A program made the position numbers and the translations under genes. Below are positions 11,599-24,642 of a DNA stretch of 64,000 bases, one piece after another. The notes below the pieces were generated by a model. It worked only from the letters and a program-made list of their open reading frames with translations. It was not told the DNA's origin and searched no databases. This DNA comes from Felis catus (taxonomy: Eukaryota): contig NC_058382.1 of the NCBI RefSeq assembly GCF_018350175.1, positions 57,476,001 through 57,540,000 on the forward strand, given 5' to 3'. Within the stretch, counting starts at the first letter, position 1. Each line of letters opens with the position of its first letter.

Positions 11599-12939
11599 GT
11601 CACCATGCCTCCAAGAACAATGACTAAACCAGGGGAACACTCAAGGTTGAGCCTCACAGTATAAAGATAAACCATTTGCCAGGCCAAGGAACTAAGACTA
11701 CTAACTGGGAGGCGAGAGGGGAAGGTTAATATTTATCAAGCAACTAATATGTGCCAGGTGTAGGCTCACACATTTTCTCACTTAATCCTCCCTCAGTAGA
11801 TTAGCTGTGTTCCTTTAAGATAAGACCCAAGGGTTGGGTTTGGAGAGATTGTGTAGCCCAGAAGGACAAGACGTCCTTCTGACACTCTCTAGTCCCATTC
11901 CGTCATCCTGTGCCGTCTGTCCTCACTACAGTGAGGGAACACGAGTTGGGGCAGAAAGGGGAACTGAGAATTAACGTGTTTCTCAACCTGAGCCCAAGCG
12001 GCAAGGGGGGGGGGGGGGGCGCGGGGGAGAGGCAGAGAGCAGACCCAGGAGGAGGAAGCCAACATCTCGAGAGGCCTCTAGCAGGAAGTCCGAAGTTCCC
12101 CTGCCTTGTGATAGCTATATATGGCAATCTAAAGAAATAAGAACAGTCCTGTTTGTGTCTGTTAGCCATTAGAAGATTTAGATTAAGAAAAGTTTGATAA
12201 GGGCCTAAGAAATCTACAGTAAAAGTGTAAATGGAGCTATGCATCGTCCAACTTAAGACCACAGGTATATGGCAAACCAAATCACGGCCAAAATGAGGAA
12301 CGATCCAGAATAATGGAATCCAGTAAAAATACGACATAACAATAAATGTAAATGAGCAAAATTACCCTCCCCCAACACAGCTATGTCTTAGACTACCAAA
12401 ACCACCCCCCGAAACCCTACGCTACATACCAGAGACATGATTTAAAAACCAAAAGGCTAGTAAGAACGATGATTATACCAAACAAAAGTACATAGAGAAG
12501 CAGCCCCATCTGCTCCCACTATGGGAACAGCACCCGCCCTCCAGGGGGCCAAAGGAGAGGGAGGGGGTGGAGCCATATGGAGGGGGCCCCACCAGGCCTC
12601 ACAGGCCTCCCCCACACAGGATGCTCGTCACCCCCAGAGGCTTCAGAGGGGAGCTGACACTTCCCCTGAGGGTGTGGACTCTACAAAAAGTCCCTGAAGG
12701 TCTGAGTCAATCTAAAACCCAACTTGCATCAACCCCCTCCCTCCCCCACCTCTGTCCCTTTCCAGCAGTCCTCAGGACGGGCCTTCCACTGGGGAGGGGG
12801 GACACCAGCGCCCCTGGGGGGGGGATGGGCTTCATTGTGACATTTCAAAAAGAGGCAGAAACAGCAAAACCATAAGCCCATGGGGTAGAAGCTGCAAGAG
12901 ACAGAGGCATGTCCTCACTAGGAAGGACACAGGGCCCAG

Positions 12940-13245
12940 AGCAATGCTAACACATAGGGAATTTTTCATTTTCTAGCATCCACAGTGAAAACAGTAAAAA
13001 ACAAACAAACAAAAAACAGGTGATACTTTCATAGGATTGTATCTAACTTTATGTATCCCAAATACTGCCATTTGAACAGGTTACGGACATACAGAATCAC
13101 TCATGGGACCTTCTACGTTCTTCTCTCCGTATTAAGTTTTAGGAACCCGGTGCACATGGCCCACATACGGCCCAAAGCGGTACAGATGTGCCAAACCTCA
13201 AGAGCTCAGCAGCCGCGTGTGGTTGGTGGCGGGGCAGGTCTAGCT
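12940..13245. mobile_element. hAT-Charlie DNA transposon fossil (MER3/MER33-like)
   Basis: ATTTTCTAGCATCCACAGTGAAAAC...CTCAAGAGCTCAGCAGCCGCGTGTGGTTGGTGGC resembles the MER3/MER33 consensus. Confidence 0.55.
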
Positions 13246-13753
13246 AGAACAGGAAAGAGTCTGAAAGAATAATGTGTTCAGTCAAGGAGAAACATTAATC
13301 ATAAAATAGCTGAGCTGAGCTGACTGGAGGCCTGGAAATGTTCGTCTTGATCTGGAGTTGAAAAAAAAAAGAAAGAAAAGAAAAAAGAAACCTTAACTCC
13401 GACATTCACCCCCTCCTTTGATTGAAAAGCAGCATGAGACCCAGAGAGGGGAAGCTATTCATCCCCGGGCACACAGCAGCCTCATGGCAGGGGTCGTGGG
13501 GGCAGGTCCTGACCCTAGTCTGTCCTGTCCTCTCCCTTCCTCTGCTCCAGACTGCCCGCCCCACGACAGCCTCTGTCATACCCTCAAGGCTGCCAAAGCC
13601 ACATGTCATAGACTTCAAAGCAAAAAAAGGTGCCGGTCTGCAGGTAGGGTTACCTATGGTTCTAGAAAGATCTTCTTTGTCATATCTAAGAACACTCTGT
13701 CCCTGTCTGATAGCTTCCAGAAAGGGTCACTCCCCCACCCCACCCCACCCCAC

Positions 13754-13784
<31 letters not shown>

Positions 13785-14051
13785 GGCAGGACTTTTCCAA
13801 GAAAGAGGCCCATCCATCTAAATCTGACTCCAGGATGGCTTAGAAACCAATAACCAAGTTGAGGACACATTTGTCCCTGAGACTTTTCTCAAGTGCACAC
13901 GTGTTCATATTTCAAAGATGGAAGACAGACATTGTTTCTAGCGGAAGCTTCCAATGGTCTGTTCCAAGGAAGGCAACTCTAGAGGACAGGTTAGGAACCA
14001 GGCTCTGTACACAGCCAAGAATCTATTTGCAAAGCTGGTTTAAAAAGCGCT

Positions 14052-14280
14052 GGGGTGCCTGGGTGGCTCGGTCGGTTAACCGTCTGACTTCGGCTCAGGT
14101 CATGATCTCGCGGTTCGAGGGTTCGAGCCTCGCATCGGACTCTGTGCTGACAGCTGGGAGCCTGGAGCCTGCTTCCGATTCTGTGTCTCCCTCTCTCTCT
14201 GCCCCTCCGCTGCTCTCTCTCTCTCTCTCTCTCTCTCTCAAAAATAAGTAAACATTTAAAAAAATAAAAAACACTAAAAC
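14052..14280 (+). mobile_element. Can-SINE (SINEC_Fc)
   Basis: Head, (CT)n and A tail. Confidence 0.9.
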
Positions 14281-16745
14281 ATTTTCCTATCTTTGGTTTT
14301 AAACCATGTCATTTTCAAACAGCTCCCAACTGGCTGGCTTTAAACCCCTGCGTCAATCCTGAAGCATGCTGGGTGCCGCAGGTTTGGACAGAACACAAAC
14401 AAGGGGCAGTTGTCCATTTGAATCTCCAGCAGCCGGCCCTCCCCAGGGACTTACCCCCCTCCCCCATCCCGAACTACCACTCCCCACCCCCCACTTCCCT
14501 GTCCCCCCAAGATTCCATCTCCTGGTCAGGTGGATCCGACGAGTGTGCAAAGGGCTTAGACGCTCCATGAGGGTACCCAAGAATCGTTGGGTGATAGTTT
14601 GAGTGATCCTGGCTTGGTTCACCTTTGTTTGCAAGATTGCTAGGGGACTCCGAGATCCAAAGTTTCCTGAAACACTCGAGTGTGAAGGCATAGGGTGCTG
14701 GCTCATTCCTCTTCTCTCACCCACGATGATTCCTTCACCTCCACCCTTCTTTTAGTGGAGGAAAGTCCGGGGAATTCCTGAGAATAACCAAGGCAGTGAC
14801 TCTGGCATCACCTCGCCCTTGGAGAGAGAAGATAGCAAATCCAGCTGCACACCCAAAAGCTGGGGTGGGACACGGGGTGAGCCGTGGGAGGACAACCTGT
14901 CAGGGTAGAAGTGTCAGGTCTCATACCCAGAACATTAGGACTAAGGTGAGTTGCTAACCCGTGCAGACCATGTGGGTGCAGAGGAGGGTCTGGGAAGAGA
15001 AGAGGAACGTGGAGTCTTTAACGGTGAGGTTTGTGATGTCAGCAATGCACATTCCTACAGAGCAGGGCATGGTAAGAGAGGTGACCTTCATTGTATCCAA
15101 AGATGAGGAGAGCTAATGCAACTCACACAACCAACACATGCTTACGAAGCACCTACTGCACAGCAGACATTCTCCCAGGTCCCGGGAAGTCAAAATTCTG
15201 GTACCTAGGGCTCTCTCTGAGAGTCTGAGAGCATAAAAGGAGAAGCAGAGGACTCTAAAATGCCCTAAGGGAAGCAGCCAATGGCTCTGGGCCCTGGTTT
15301 CTAGCTGCGTGAAAGAAGAGGGCTAGGCAACAGGCTCTTCTGACACCTTCCCACCAGCCATCCCGGGTTTGCACTTAAGCCATCGGAGCGCGTGGGACAA
15401 AATCCCACCTCAGATGCCAGAATCTGATGGGCAATAGGGAAAAAAAAAACTGGCACAGAACAGCCAACTATGGGATTAGAGCCTGGCCTTCAAAAGGAAG
15501 GCCCGTCTTCAAAAGGAAGGTCCGACGTGGCCCGTCCCAAACCCTTGCGTAGACGTGTGGGGAATAGGCTCTCTCCTCCTGTGTGTGTGAGACACAAGAC
15601 AAGACACACGCTGGCCACGATCATGTATCTTTCCCCCAAGTGGGTGGAGATTAATTAGAAACCAAAGACCTCAGTGTGCTGAAGGAAAGCAGTTGGTACC
15701 CTGCCGCCTGAATCTTGCTAGGAGAAAGGACACCCTCCCAGGACCATGTGTCAGATGAAAATGCACAGCATCGAACCCGCTGGGCATTCAGCTGCAACCC
15801 CTCCTGGGCCCCCCACGCTTGCCCACCTACAACCATTCTAAAGAGCTTCAAAGACCCAGCTTCTCAAAATCCTTCCAGCGAAGTGTAATTTACTCAAAAA
15901 GAACAGGTTCTTATAACAGCCATGAGTCATCAGAGAAACAAGAAAAACACAAACACCAAAATCGTACAGTCTGGTGTTCGGCAGGTTCGGGAACAAAGGC
16001 ACATACGTCACCTGAGCATCTCGTGAATGATGTGACCCTCCTTCGCGGGGGAGAGAAAACAAAGGCCACGAGAGAGGCACGCAGTCAGGTTTCAGGTGGG
16101 CACGATTCAGGGAATCGTCCAACGCAGACGGATGGCAAGGAGGCATGACATCCTGGAACACGCTGTGGGTAAGTCTGGGCCAAAACCTATTAGGGACAGT
16201 TGTCCATATGCCTCGAATCCTGACCCCGGCAGGGCCACCCACCTCTTTAAAACTTGGGTGACTGCCTAGGTTCTGACCCCCGCTTTCCTGACCGTGGACA
16301 CTGACAGAAGCCCCGACTCCCCTCTGCCTGATGTCTGACTACGCCTACGTCCAGATCAGGAATGTGGGAAACACACGTCACTCCTCCCGCATCCACGGCA
16401 GACATAACCAATCGTGGCACTTTCCTCACGAGTCCAGACTTCGCATCAGAAGCCTCCTTAACCCAGAGCCCCAGCTGTCGACCAACTGGCAAGCACAGTG
16501 CAATCCGGGCTGGGGTGTTCAATTTCCGCCCGGTCAAAATCGTGCCCGTCGTTTCTTGTTCCCCAGCCACGCCCACTTGGGGGAATGTTGCCCGGGAAAT
16601 AATTCAACAGATTTTTTTTCCTAATTATAATATATACGCACAGATGTTCGTTGTCCGTAAACACCAGACTGTTTTCACTTTTCGACAAAAGCCGAATAAG
16701 TAAACAGCATCGCCATCAAACCCCTCATACACATCAGGCACTCTG

Positions 16746-16963
16746 AATTTTTTTTTTTTTCAACGTTTATTTATTTTTGGGACAGAGAGAGACAGAGCAT
16801 GAACGGGGGAGGGGCAGAGAGAGAGGGAGACACAGAATCGGAAACAGGCTCCAGGCTCCGAGCCATCAGCCCAGAGCCCGACGCGGGGCTCGAACTCACG
16901 GACCGCGAGATCGTGACCCGGCTGAAGTCGGACGCTTAACCGACCGCGCCACCCAGGCACCCC
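16746..16963 (-). mobile_element. Young SINEC_Fc with TSD
   Basis: Near-identical to the copy at 42728-42940; TSD ACATCAGGCACT at 16731-16742 and 16965-16976. Confidence 0.93.
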
Positions 16964-17400
16964 GACATCAGGCACTTTGATAGGGTATTTCATTTAATTT
17001 TTGCGACTCCACGCGTCAGCCAGAGATGCTCGTGCCGAACTTTCAGAGGAGGAGGCTCAAACTCAGGTTAGGGAAGTAGCCCGACAAAGGTCGCACCTGC
17101 CGAGTGCTGGGCTGGGCCTGGGAGCCACGACTCCCCCCCCCCCCCCCTGCCGGGAGAGCGTGCCCGTGTGCACACACACGGGCACTCCGCTGAACACAGC
17201 AGCACGCAGACGCTAAAATGGTGAAAGCCAACTTACGAAGCGTTAAGAGGACACAGGTACCTCTGCTATGACTAATCACCTTCGTAAAACACGTTCCATT
17301 GGCAAGGGCTCCACCGGAAGCCGCGGCAATCAGAAATCTCTGCGTGAGGTGAGGGATCGCGGCTGATCGTTCTTTTGTGCCTTCATTTTGCCACTTTCAA

Positions 17401-17597
17401 AAAATTTTTTTAATGTTTCTTTATTTTTTAAGAGAGAGAGAGAGACAGAGCGTGGCAGAGAGAGAGGGAGGCACAGAATCGGAAGCAGGCTCCAGGCTGT
17501 CAGCACAGAGCCCGACGCGGGGCTCGAACCCACGGACCGCGAGATCATGCCACGAGCCGAAGTCGGATGCTCAACCGACTGAGCCACCCAGGTGCCT
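17401..17597 (-). mobile_element. Can-SINE
   Basis: Reverse head, (GA)n and T tail. Confidence 0.9.
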
Positions 17598-17821
17598 CTG
17601 AACCGTTTTTTAACAACCACAAGGCCCTGCGATGCACCACCACGGGGGAGAAACCAGGGTGCCTGGGGCTTGTTCCAGAAGGGAGTCTGAAAGGCAGCAT
17701 ATCCAGGGACAGAAAATGACAAGATAAATACAAAAGTGAGGAGCGGTACAGGGAAGGGACAAGAAACAGGGAGGAAAAATCCAAACGACACACACAAGAC
17801 GCCAGGAGCAGAGACAGCTTC

Positions 17822-18050
17822 GGGGCGCCTGGGGGGCTCCGTCGGTGAAGCATCCGACTGCGGCTCAGGTCATGATCTCGGGGTTCCTGAGTTCGAGCCC
17901 CGCGTCGGGCTCTGTGCTGACAGCTCGGAGCCTGGAGCCCGCTTCGGATTCTGTGTCTCCCCCTCTCTCTCTGCCCTTCCTCTGCCTGTGCACTCTCTCT
18001 CTCTCTCTCTCTTAAATAAGCATTTTTTAAAAAATATCTGAAAAAAAAAA
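17822..18050 (+). mobile_element. Can-SINE
   Basis: Head, (CT)n and A tail. Confidence 0.9.
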
Positions 18051-19615
18051 GAGTACAGGCGGCTCCACAGAACCCCAACGAGAACGTGGGGTACGCGTGT
18101 CACATGTGAACAGGAACCGTCTGGACTCGGTGCTCCGGGACCTGCCTGCGTTCTGACCCCGTCCCCGCCATGGGGGTTAAACTGCATGCTGGTGACAGCC
18201 GAAGGGATTGCTGCACGGGGCACCAGGAGGCCAGCTGCTGGAGGGTGACCAGGCAGGGGCCGTGCCACCACGGGCTGGCGGAGGGCGGGGACCCGTCCGG
18301 GGCTTAGCGAGGGCCACCCAGGCCCCAGCCCGCCGGGCAGCGCTCTTTGCTTGTGACGGCGGCTTCCATTTTTGTGCTAGGCTCCGGGTGTGGGACAGCT
18401 TCCTCCCTTCCCGACTGGAGCTTGCAACTTCTTAGCAGCAGGAGCCCAGAGGGGGCCGTGGGGCTCCCCAACCTGAAGGCGGCCTCTGACCCCCCCATCT
18501 GCTTCTCTGCCTCAACGCTCGCCTTGGCTCCTCCCTCCGAGCCTCAGCTTCCCCATCTGTATGTTGGGTGTGATAACCGCACCCGGCCCCTCTCCGCGAT
18601 ACCCACCCACCCCCTTCACGGGCTGCCGGGGCGTTGGATTTCCGATCAGGTCGTTTGGGTCTCAAACATGGGCCACAGGCCACAGAGAGCCCCTTTGCCC
18701 GAGCCCAGGCCCAGGTGAAACGCACGGGGCACAGAAGGCCCTCTCCGGCTCCGAGAATAAAGGGCCTTTCCATAAACCCCGAGCTTGAAGAAGCGTACAC
18801 ATTCCCCGGTGAAAACGAATAGCGGAAATCCTCTGGAGGGCCACGAAGCAGCCAGAGCCGGTCCCCCGAGTGCTGGGCGGCACCGAGGCTCTGAAGGCAG
18901 AGCGGGGACCCCACGAATCTCGTCCCACGGAGGAGCGCGGCTTTCTCCCGGGCGACCCAGCCAGCTTCTCTATTGCAACGAAAGCAGAGCCTCTGGAAAC
19001 TCCAGCCCTACCGCCAAAGCCCTCCCTGAGGGTAACTGGCTTCCACAATTTAATCCAATCCTGACACCGGTTATGGAACATGTAGGAACGTTCTTCTGTC
19101 CTAGGGATACGCAGAGTAAGACACCGTCCGAAGCCAGCCCGTGTGAACAGATGTGTTTCTTTACTTTTTCGCACCTGTTTTGGTGCGTTTCCGGGTACGA
19201 GGAGTGTTCCGTAATAAAGCAGGCATGGCCCCTGCCCTCGAGATTCCTTTCGAGGGTCCTTTGATTATACGTAAATGGGACCTGTAGTTCATGGGATCAT
19301 AGCAGAAACACGTGAAGGAGAAATTCTGCCTGAGGCTGGTAGGAGAATGGAGTAAAGAATGAGGGTTTTGAAGGACGAATAGAAGTTCACCAGTCACCAA
19401 AACAGAAAACTTTTTTTACATCCTTTGCATTTCTGGATCCTTTGCAACAGCTCTGTGGACATTTGCGTTCTCTTTTTCATAACACCTTTTTCACAGATTC
19501 TAAAGATAAAGTTACTTGCCCGAGGTCCTAAAGCAAAGGGTTAATGGAGCTAGAGTATCACCTTGGGTCTCCCTCCCCCTTCAGCCCATGACCTTTTCCG
19601 TTGGACACAGCAGCA

Positions 19616-19830
19616 TTTTTATTCATGTATTTATTTTTTAAACATGTTTATCTTGAGAGAGGCAGAAGCGTGAGTGGGAAAGGGTCAGAGAGAGGGAGAC
19701 GCAGAATCCCAAGCAGGCTCCGGGCTCCGAGCCGTCGGCACAGAGCCCGACGCGGGGCTCGAACCCACGAACCGTGAGATCGCGACCTGAGCCGAAGTCG
19801 GCCGCTCCACCGACCGAGCCACCCAGGCGC
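19616..19830 (-). mobile_element. Can-SINE
   Basis: Reverse head GAGCCACCCAGGCGC and T-rich tail. Confidence 0.9.
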
Positions 19831-19903
19831 AATTTGCAGAGTCATGATATTCCGTTTCCAGAATTTTTGTTAAGGCTCTACCATCAAGAAGATGAAGTAT
19901 GTC

Positions 19904-20140
19904 AGGGCGCCTGGGTGGCGCAGATGAAGTATGTCGGGCGCAGAGCCCGACTTCAGCCAGGTCACGATCTCGCGGTCCGTGAGTTCAAGCCCCGCGTCGG
20001 GCTCTGGGCTGACGGCTCAGAGCCTGGAGCCTGTTTTCCATTCTGTGTCTCCCTCTCTCTCTGCCCCTCCCCCGTTCATGCTCTGTCTCTCTCTGTCCCC
20101 AAAATAAATAAACGTTGAAAAAAAAAATTTAAAAAAAAAA
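19904..20140 (+). mobile_element. Young SINEC_Fc with 18-bp TSD and rearranged head
   Basis: TSD AAGAAGATGAAGTATGTC at 19886-19903 and 20141-20158. Confidence 0.93.
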
Positions 20141-22034
20141 AAGAAGATGAAGTATGTCTGAAAATAAATCTAAGAGGTTTATTTCTTGCTGCACAACTTC
20201 TCAGAGCGTTTAATGTGCCGTGTGATCCTGCAAAGGTAGGGTTTCCGACCCGCACGTGGCCTCAGAACATTTCCTTGGGGCTGAGGACTTTGGAAACGTG
20301 CAGGAGGGCAAGGTGACAGCGTCGGGGCTCCGGGGCCAGGCAGTCTGGGCGCTGGGTGGAGTGCCACCGCGTCCAGGCGCTGGGAGCTTGAGCAAATTAC
20401 TCAGCCTCCTTGGGTCCCAGGCCCCTTATCTCTAAAATGGGGACAGTGATAGAAGCGGCCTGTTCGGCAAAGAATACACGATTGCCATATGGGACTTTTC
20501 CCTCCTGAGTGTTAGGTATATCTGGGAGGTGGGAAGGGGTCCAGAATTGAAGCCGACCCCGCTCCCGGGGCTCAGGAGCCATCAGAATACACATTAAGCT
20601 GATGGTTGCAGAGTCCCTGAAACGTCGGTCCTTCCTGCCTCCCCTGCCCCTTGGGGGAAACAACACCGCTCTCCTCTGCCCAGGCTGAGAGCGGAGCCGC
20701 GCCCTCTGGCTGTTCCCACTCCGGAACGTTCAGAGGACATCAAAAAATAAATAAAAGGATCACGTGAATAGAGACATTCTGCAAGGCAAGCACGACACAT
20801 CAGTGACAGAGTCTGCTCCCAGTCAAGACAGCCTGGCCCAGCACGGACAGCGGGCCCCGGACAATGGTGGCTGCATTGTCCCCGTAATTCCCCACAGGCG
20901 CCAGAACAACGCGCACTCCTGTGCGGCAGACGACAGCCGCGGCGAGGCAGCCACGCGTGCTGTCCCCTCCGCGCAGCCCCCGGACTCAAGCCCGGGCGTC
21001 GCTACTGTCCGGCCCGACCCGCCCGGAAGCTCGTCTCGGCCACGCAGGCGCCCCGGCGCCAGGACCTTCCGGCGTCGTTGATGGCGGAGGCTGTGGTCCA
21101 AGAGGCAGATGCTACTTTACTCCCGTTCTTGGACTTCAGGGGACCGGGAGGCCCGGAGAAAGTAAGCAACGTGCCCAAGGCCGCCCAGAGCTGAAATCTG
21201 AACCCACAGCGCCTAGCTCAAAAAGCTCTGCCCCTTCGCCGGACAAAGCGAAACGAGGTTCCTGTAAAGGTATGATGCCATCGACCAAGGAGCACATTTT
21301 TAAAATGAAAACACTAAGAAAAATAAACATAAACATAAAAAAATAAAATCAAATGCAAACACTTCGGGATACGTCCAAGCAGAATATGACCCAGCACATC
21401 AACCCACTCAACCCTTCGTTTTAGCTTCAGATACTAAACCCTTTTAAATGCAAGAGTGGAACGCACAAAAGGTAACGGTCAAAATGCAACACGGCACCTG
21501 CAGGTCAAGATGGCGCCCCAGCTCCCCCACCCAAGTGACGTCTGAGCGGTTCATTCATCGGCATCCCTTTAACACGAAGCCCCGCCTCCCTGCCCACAGG
21601 ATGTGCATGTGACCTGAGTTGAGCCAATCAGGGTCCTTTATAAGGGAGTGATTGACGCCGAGGGCTCTATCGTCCCTTGGGATCAACACCCAGAGGAACC
21701 ACCAGAGCCTGGACCACTTCTGCTGTACAGAGGCCGCTGAAGGCTAAACTCAAGAGAAAAGAATGATGAGGGGAAGCTATTGCTTGAGCCCAGAACCCAG
21801 CCACGCCTAAAGCCCAGTAACCCTGCACTTCCCAGTTTAGAGAGTCAGGCAATTCCGTTTTTCGCTTTCACATCTTTGAACTCGCCAACCAATGGATGAT
21901 GGCCAAGAGTCCCAAGTGAAACTCGCCACCAAAGAATTCTATTTCCCCAAATCACCCTCGGTCACTGGCTCGCTGAGCCAAACTGGGATGAGCGCTAGAC
22001 CCAAAAGGAACTCTCCCGGAGCTCTGCTCACGGA

Positions 22035-22450
22035 GACGGAGTTTCCCTTGGAGGTGATGGAAAAGTTCTGGAACTAGACAGGGGTGACGGCTGCTCAACG
22101 CTGGAAATGTGCTTCCAGGCCACTGAGTCATAGGCTTTAAAATGGGCAAAATGAGGGGCGCCTGGGTGGCTCAGTTGGTTAAGCGGCCGACTTGGGCTCA
22201 GGGCATGATCTCGCGGTCCGTGAGTTCGAGCCCCGCGTTGGGCTCTGTGCTGACAGCTCGGAGCCCGGAGCCTGCTTCGGATTCTGTGTCCCCCTCTCTC
22301 TCTGCCTCTCCCCTGCTCGTGTTCTGTCTGTCTCTCAAAAGTGAATACACATTAAAAAATAGATTTCTTTAAAAAAATAAATAAACTAAAATGGGCAAAA
22401 TGAGCAATTTGACGTTATTGAATTTTTACCCCAATTATTTTAAGTGGAAA
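22035..22450 (+). mobile_element. Old L1M 3' end interrupted by a Can-SINE (22156-22386, + strand)
   Basis: GAGTTTCCCTTGGAGGTGATGGAAAAGTTCTGGAACTAGA L1M motif; SINE TSD TAAAATGGGCAAAATGAG at 22138-22155 and 22387-22404. Confidence 0.85.
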
Positions 22451-23179
22451 GGAAAACGGAGCCCTGCGAGATTCAGAAGATTGCCCCACTGGACGTCACC
22501 CAGGCCAGGCGCTCTCTCCCGGGCCGCCGAGGGGAGAGGAATAGCGTGCAAGGAGGAATTCAGCGGGAGACCTTTGGCCACGGAACAGGCTGCCGCCATA
22601 AAGGAGACCCCTGATGGCCGGTTGACCATTACCACGGCCCTGGTTTGAGCAGGTGGCTTTCCAAAGCGAGGGTCCATGCCGGACAGGGTGCAGCCAGTGG
22701 TATTAACCAGTAACGCGGATCAGAATGTGAAATCAACGACATACATTAAGCACATACTATGTCCCAGACACGGTGCTAACCCGGTTCTAGAAGGTAATCT
22801 GACGCCTCGCACCTTTTTAAGATGATTTTTGTGTCTATTAACTCTGGAACCCCGCCTCCTGAACATGTACCCCAAAGACATAAGTCAGCGGGGGAGGCAG
22901 AGGAGCCGTGTGTATGAAAAGGGTTATCTAGGAAAATAAAAACTGGCAGCAACTCGATGGGCCGAGACCAGGGGAACATTCGGCCCATGACGACGCACTT
23001 GGCAAAGGAACACTCCGCCACCAGAAAAGCGCGCATCCCGGAGCCGGCAGCCACATCATTCAGGAGATGCCCCCTCGCGTGCGATTTGCAGGCTGTGACC
23101 GCGGGGACGCGCAGAGGTCGGTGGGAAGAAATGGGCCACGATCATGCAACGGAGGGCCTTCTTTTTCTCTTTCCTAATA

Positions 23180-23570
23180 TAATTTGTTAAATCAAAGTTT
23201 TCCGCGAGGGATGATTTTAGATTCACAGAAAAGCTGCAGGAGACAGTGCGAGAGCTCCCACACATCCCACACTCTGTTACGGTCTTCCGTTGCTGCGGTA
23301 CGTTTCTCGCAACTGAGAAGCCAACACTGACGCGTTACCCTTAACGAAACCCCTGGCCCCGTTCTGATGCCACTGGCTTTTCCGTGCCAGGATCCGATCC
23401 ACGATACCGCGTTCCGTGCGGCCTGTTTCTGTGCGTGCTGCTGGTCTGGGTTTTTACAACGCAGTGAGTGGCTTTTCACACATTCGTGGATACGTGCAAG
23501 CATCACGCCAGTCAGTTCAAGGATATTTTCATCCCCTCCGAAGGAAAGCCCATACCCGTCCGTCCGCCAT
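23180..23570 (-). mobile_element. Old L1MC-like 3' fragments
   Basis: ATTTTAGATTCACAGAAAAGCTGCAGGAGACAGT...CCAGGATCCGATCCACGATACC resembles the reverse-strand L1MC 3' end. Confidence 0.65.
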
Positions 23571-24282
23571 CATGTCCCGATCGTGGGCTTTGAGGAACCC
23601 TTTTGCGAGACGGAGAACACTCCGGGAAGGAGAGAGCGCTCCTTTGCCTCCCTTCCCCTGGATTCTCTTTCTGGAATTCAGACTTTCTCTTCTCAGTGTG
23701 ACCCCAAGCCTTAGCCCCAAACGAACCACCTCGGAAGCTTCCACCAGTACCGATCTGTGATATGTCCGCTTGGAAACAGAAACCCTCTAGGGGAAGTGTC
23801 AGGAGCTCGGAGACAAAACCAAGGGTGTTCCCACCTCCCCCTCTTCCTGCTGATCTAGCAAGGACTGGGGGATAAGTGTTATTGAGTACCTACTGTGTGC
23901 CAGGCACCGTTCAGGGAGGCCATGCATGAAGGTGCCCATTGGGTCGTCATGGCCACCACTGGGAGCCAACCATGATCCCCCGCGATCCAAGCAGGTAGAG
24001 GTCCCCATTTTGGTCGTCCTTCCAGCCCCCTTCCTCATGAACCTCACGACCTCAAAGGTGGGCCCCCAGCCTCCATGTTTCCACGACGTGGTGGTCAAGT
24101 CCTGAGCCCACACCCTGCATACAACTGCGGTGACATTTCGCCGGTGGCTCTGGCGGCACGGAGATGTGGCCCAGCTTGCTTTCAGTCACAGGCGCCAACC
24201 CCGGCCTGCTCTGTCCCTGGGGACGGCGACCCTGAGTGGGGCGTGACCCGCCCAGCCTCGGAAAGAGCACAAAGCCAATTAC

Positions 24283-24440
24283 CTGCACTACCTCCTTCAC
24301 CAGGGTCTTGTCCGTGCCCGTTTTGGCTCGCTGCAGCCCGCTGACGTTCTCACCAATCCACGTGATGAGGGCAAACTTGGACCTCTTGCTCATGGCATCC
24401 CCGGTGGTGAAACGCACGAAGGCGAACAATCGGACGTCAT
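24283..24440 (-). CDS. COTL1: COTL1 coding exon 3 (158 nt; DDVRLFAFVRFTTGDAMSKRSKFALITWIGENVSGLQRAKTGTDKTLVKEVVQ)
   Basis: ADF-H core sequence that includes Lys75. CAG acceptor with AG at 24442-24441; donor CAG|GTAATT at 24282-24281. Confidence 0.98.
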
Positions 24441-24584
24441 CTGCCGGAACAGCAAGGAGAGGGCACGGGGCTCAGTTAAAACGTCCCAGGACGGTGTCCC
24501 CAGGGAGCAGCCACGAGCCGGAAGGCACCCAGGGCAACGTGGCAGGCGCTCAACACGGACCTCGGCCAACATTCCCTCATTTAA

Positions 24585-24604
24585 AAAAAATGTTTATTCA
24601 TTTT

Positions 24605-24642
<38 letters not shown>

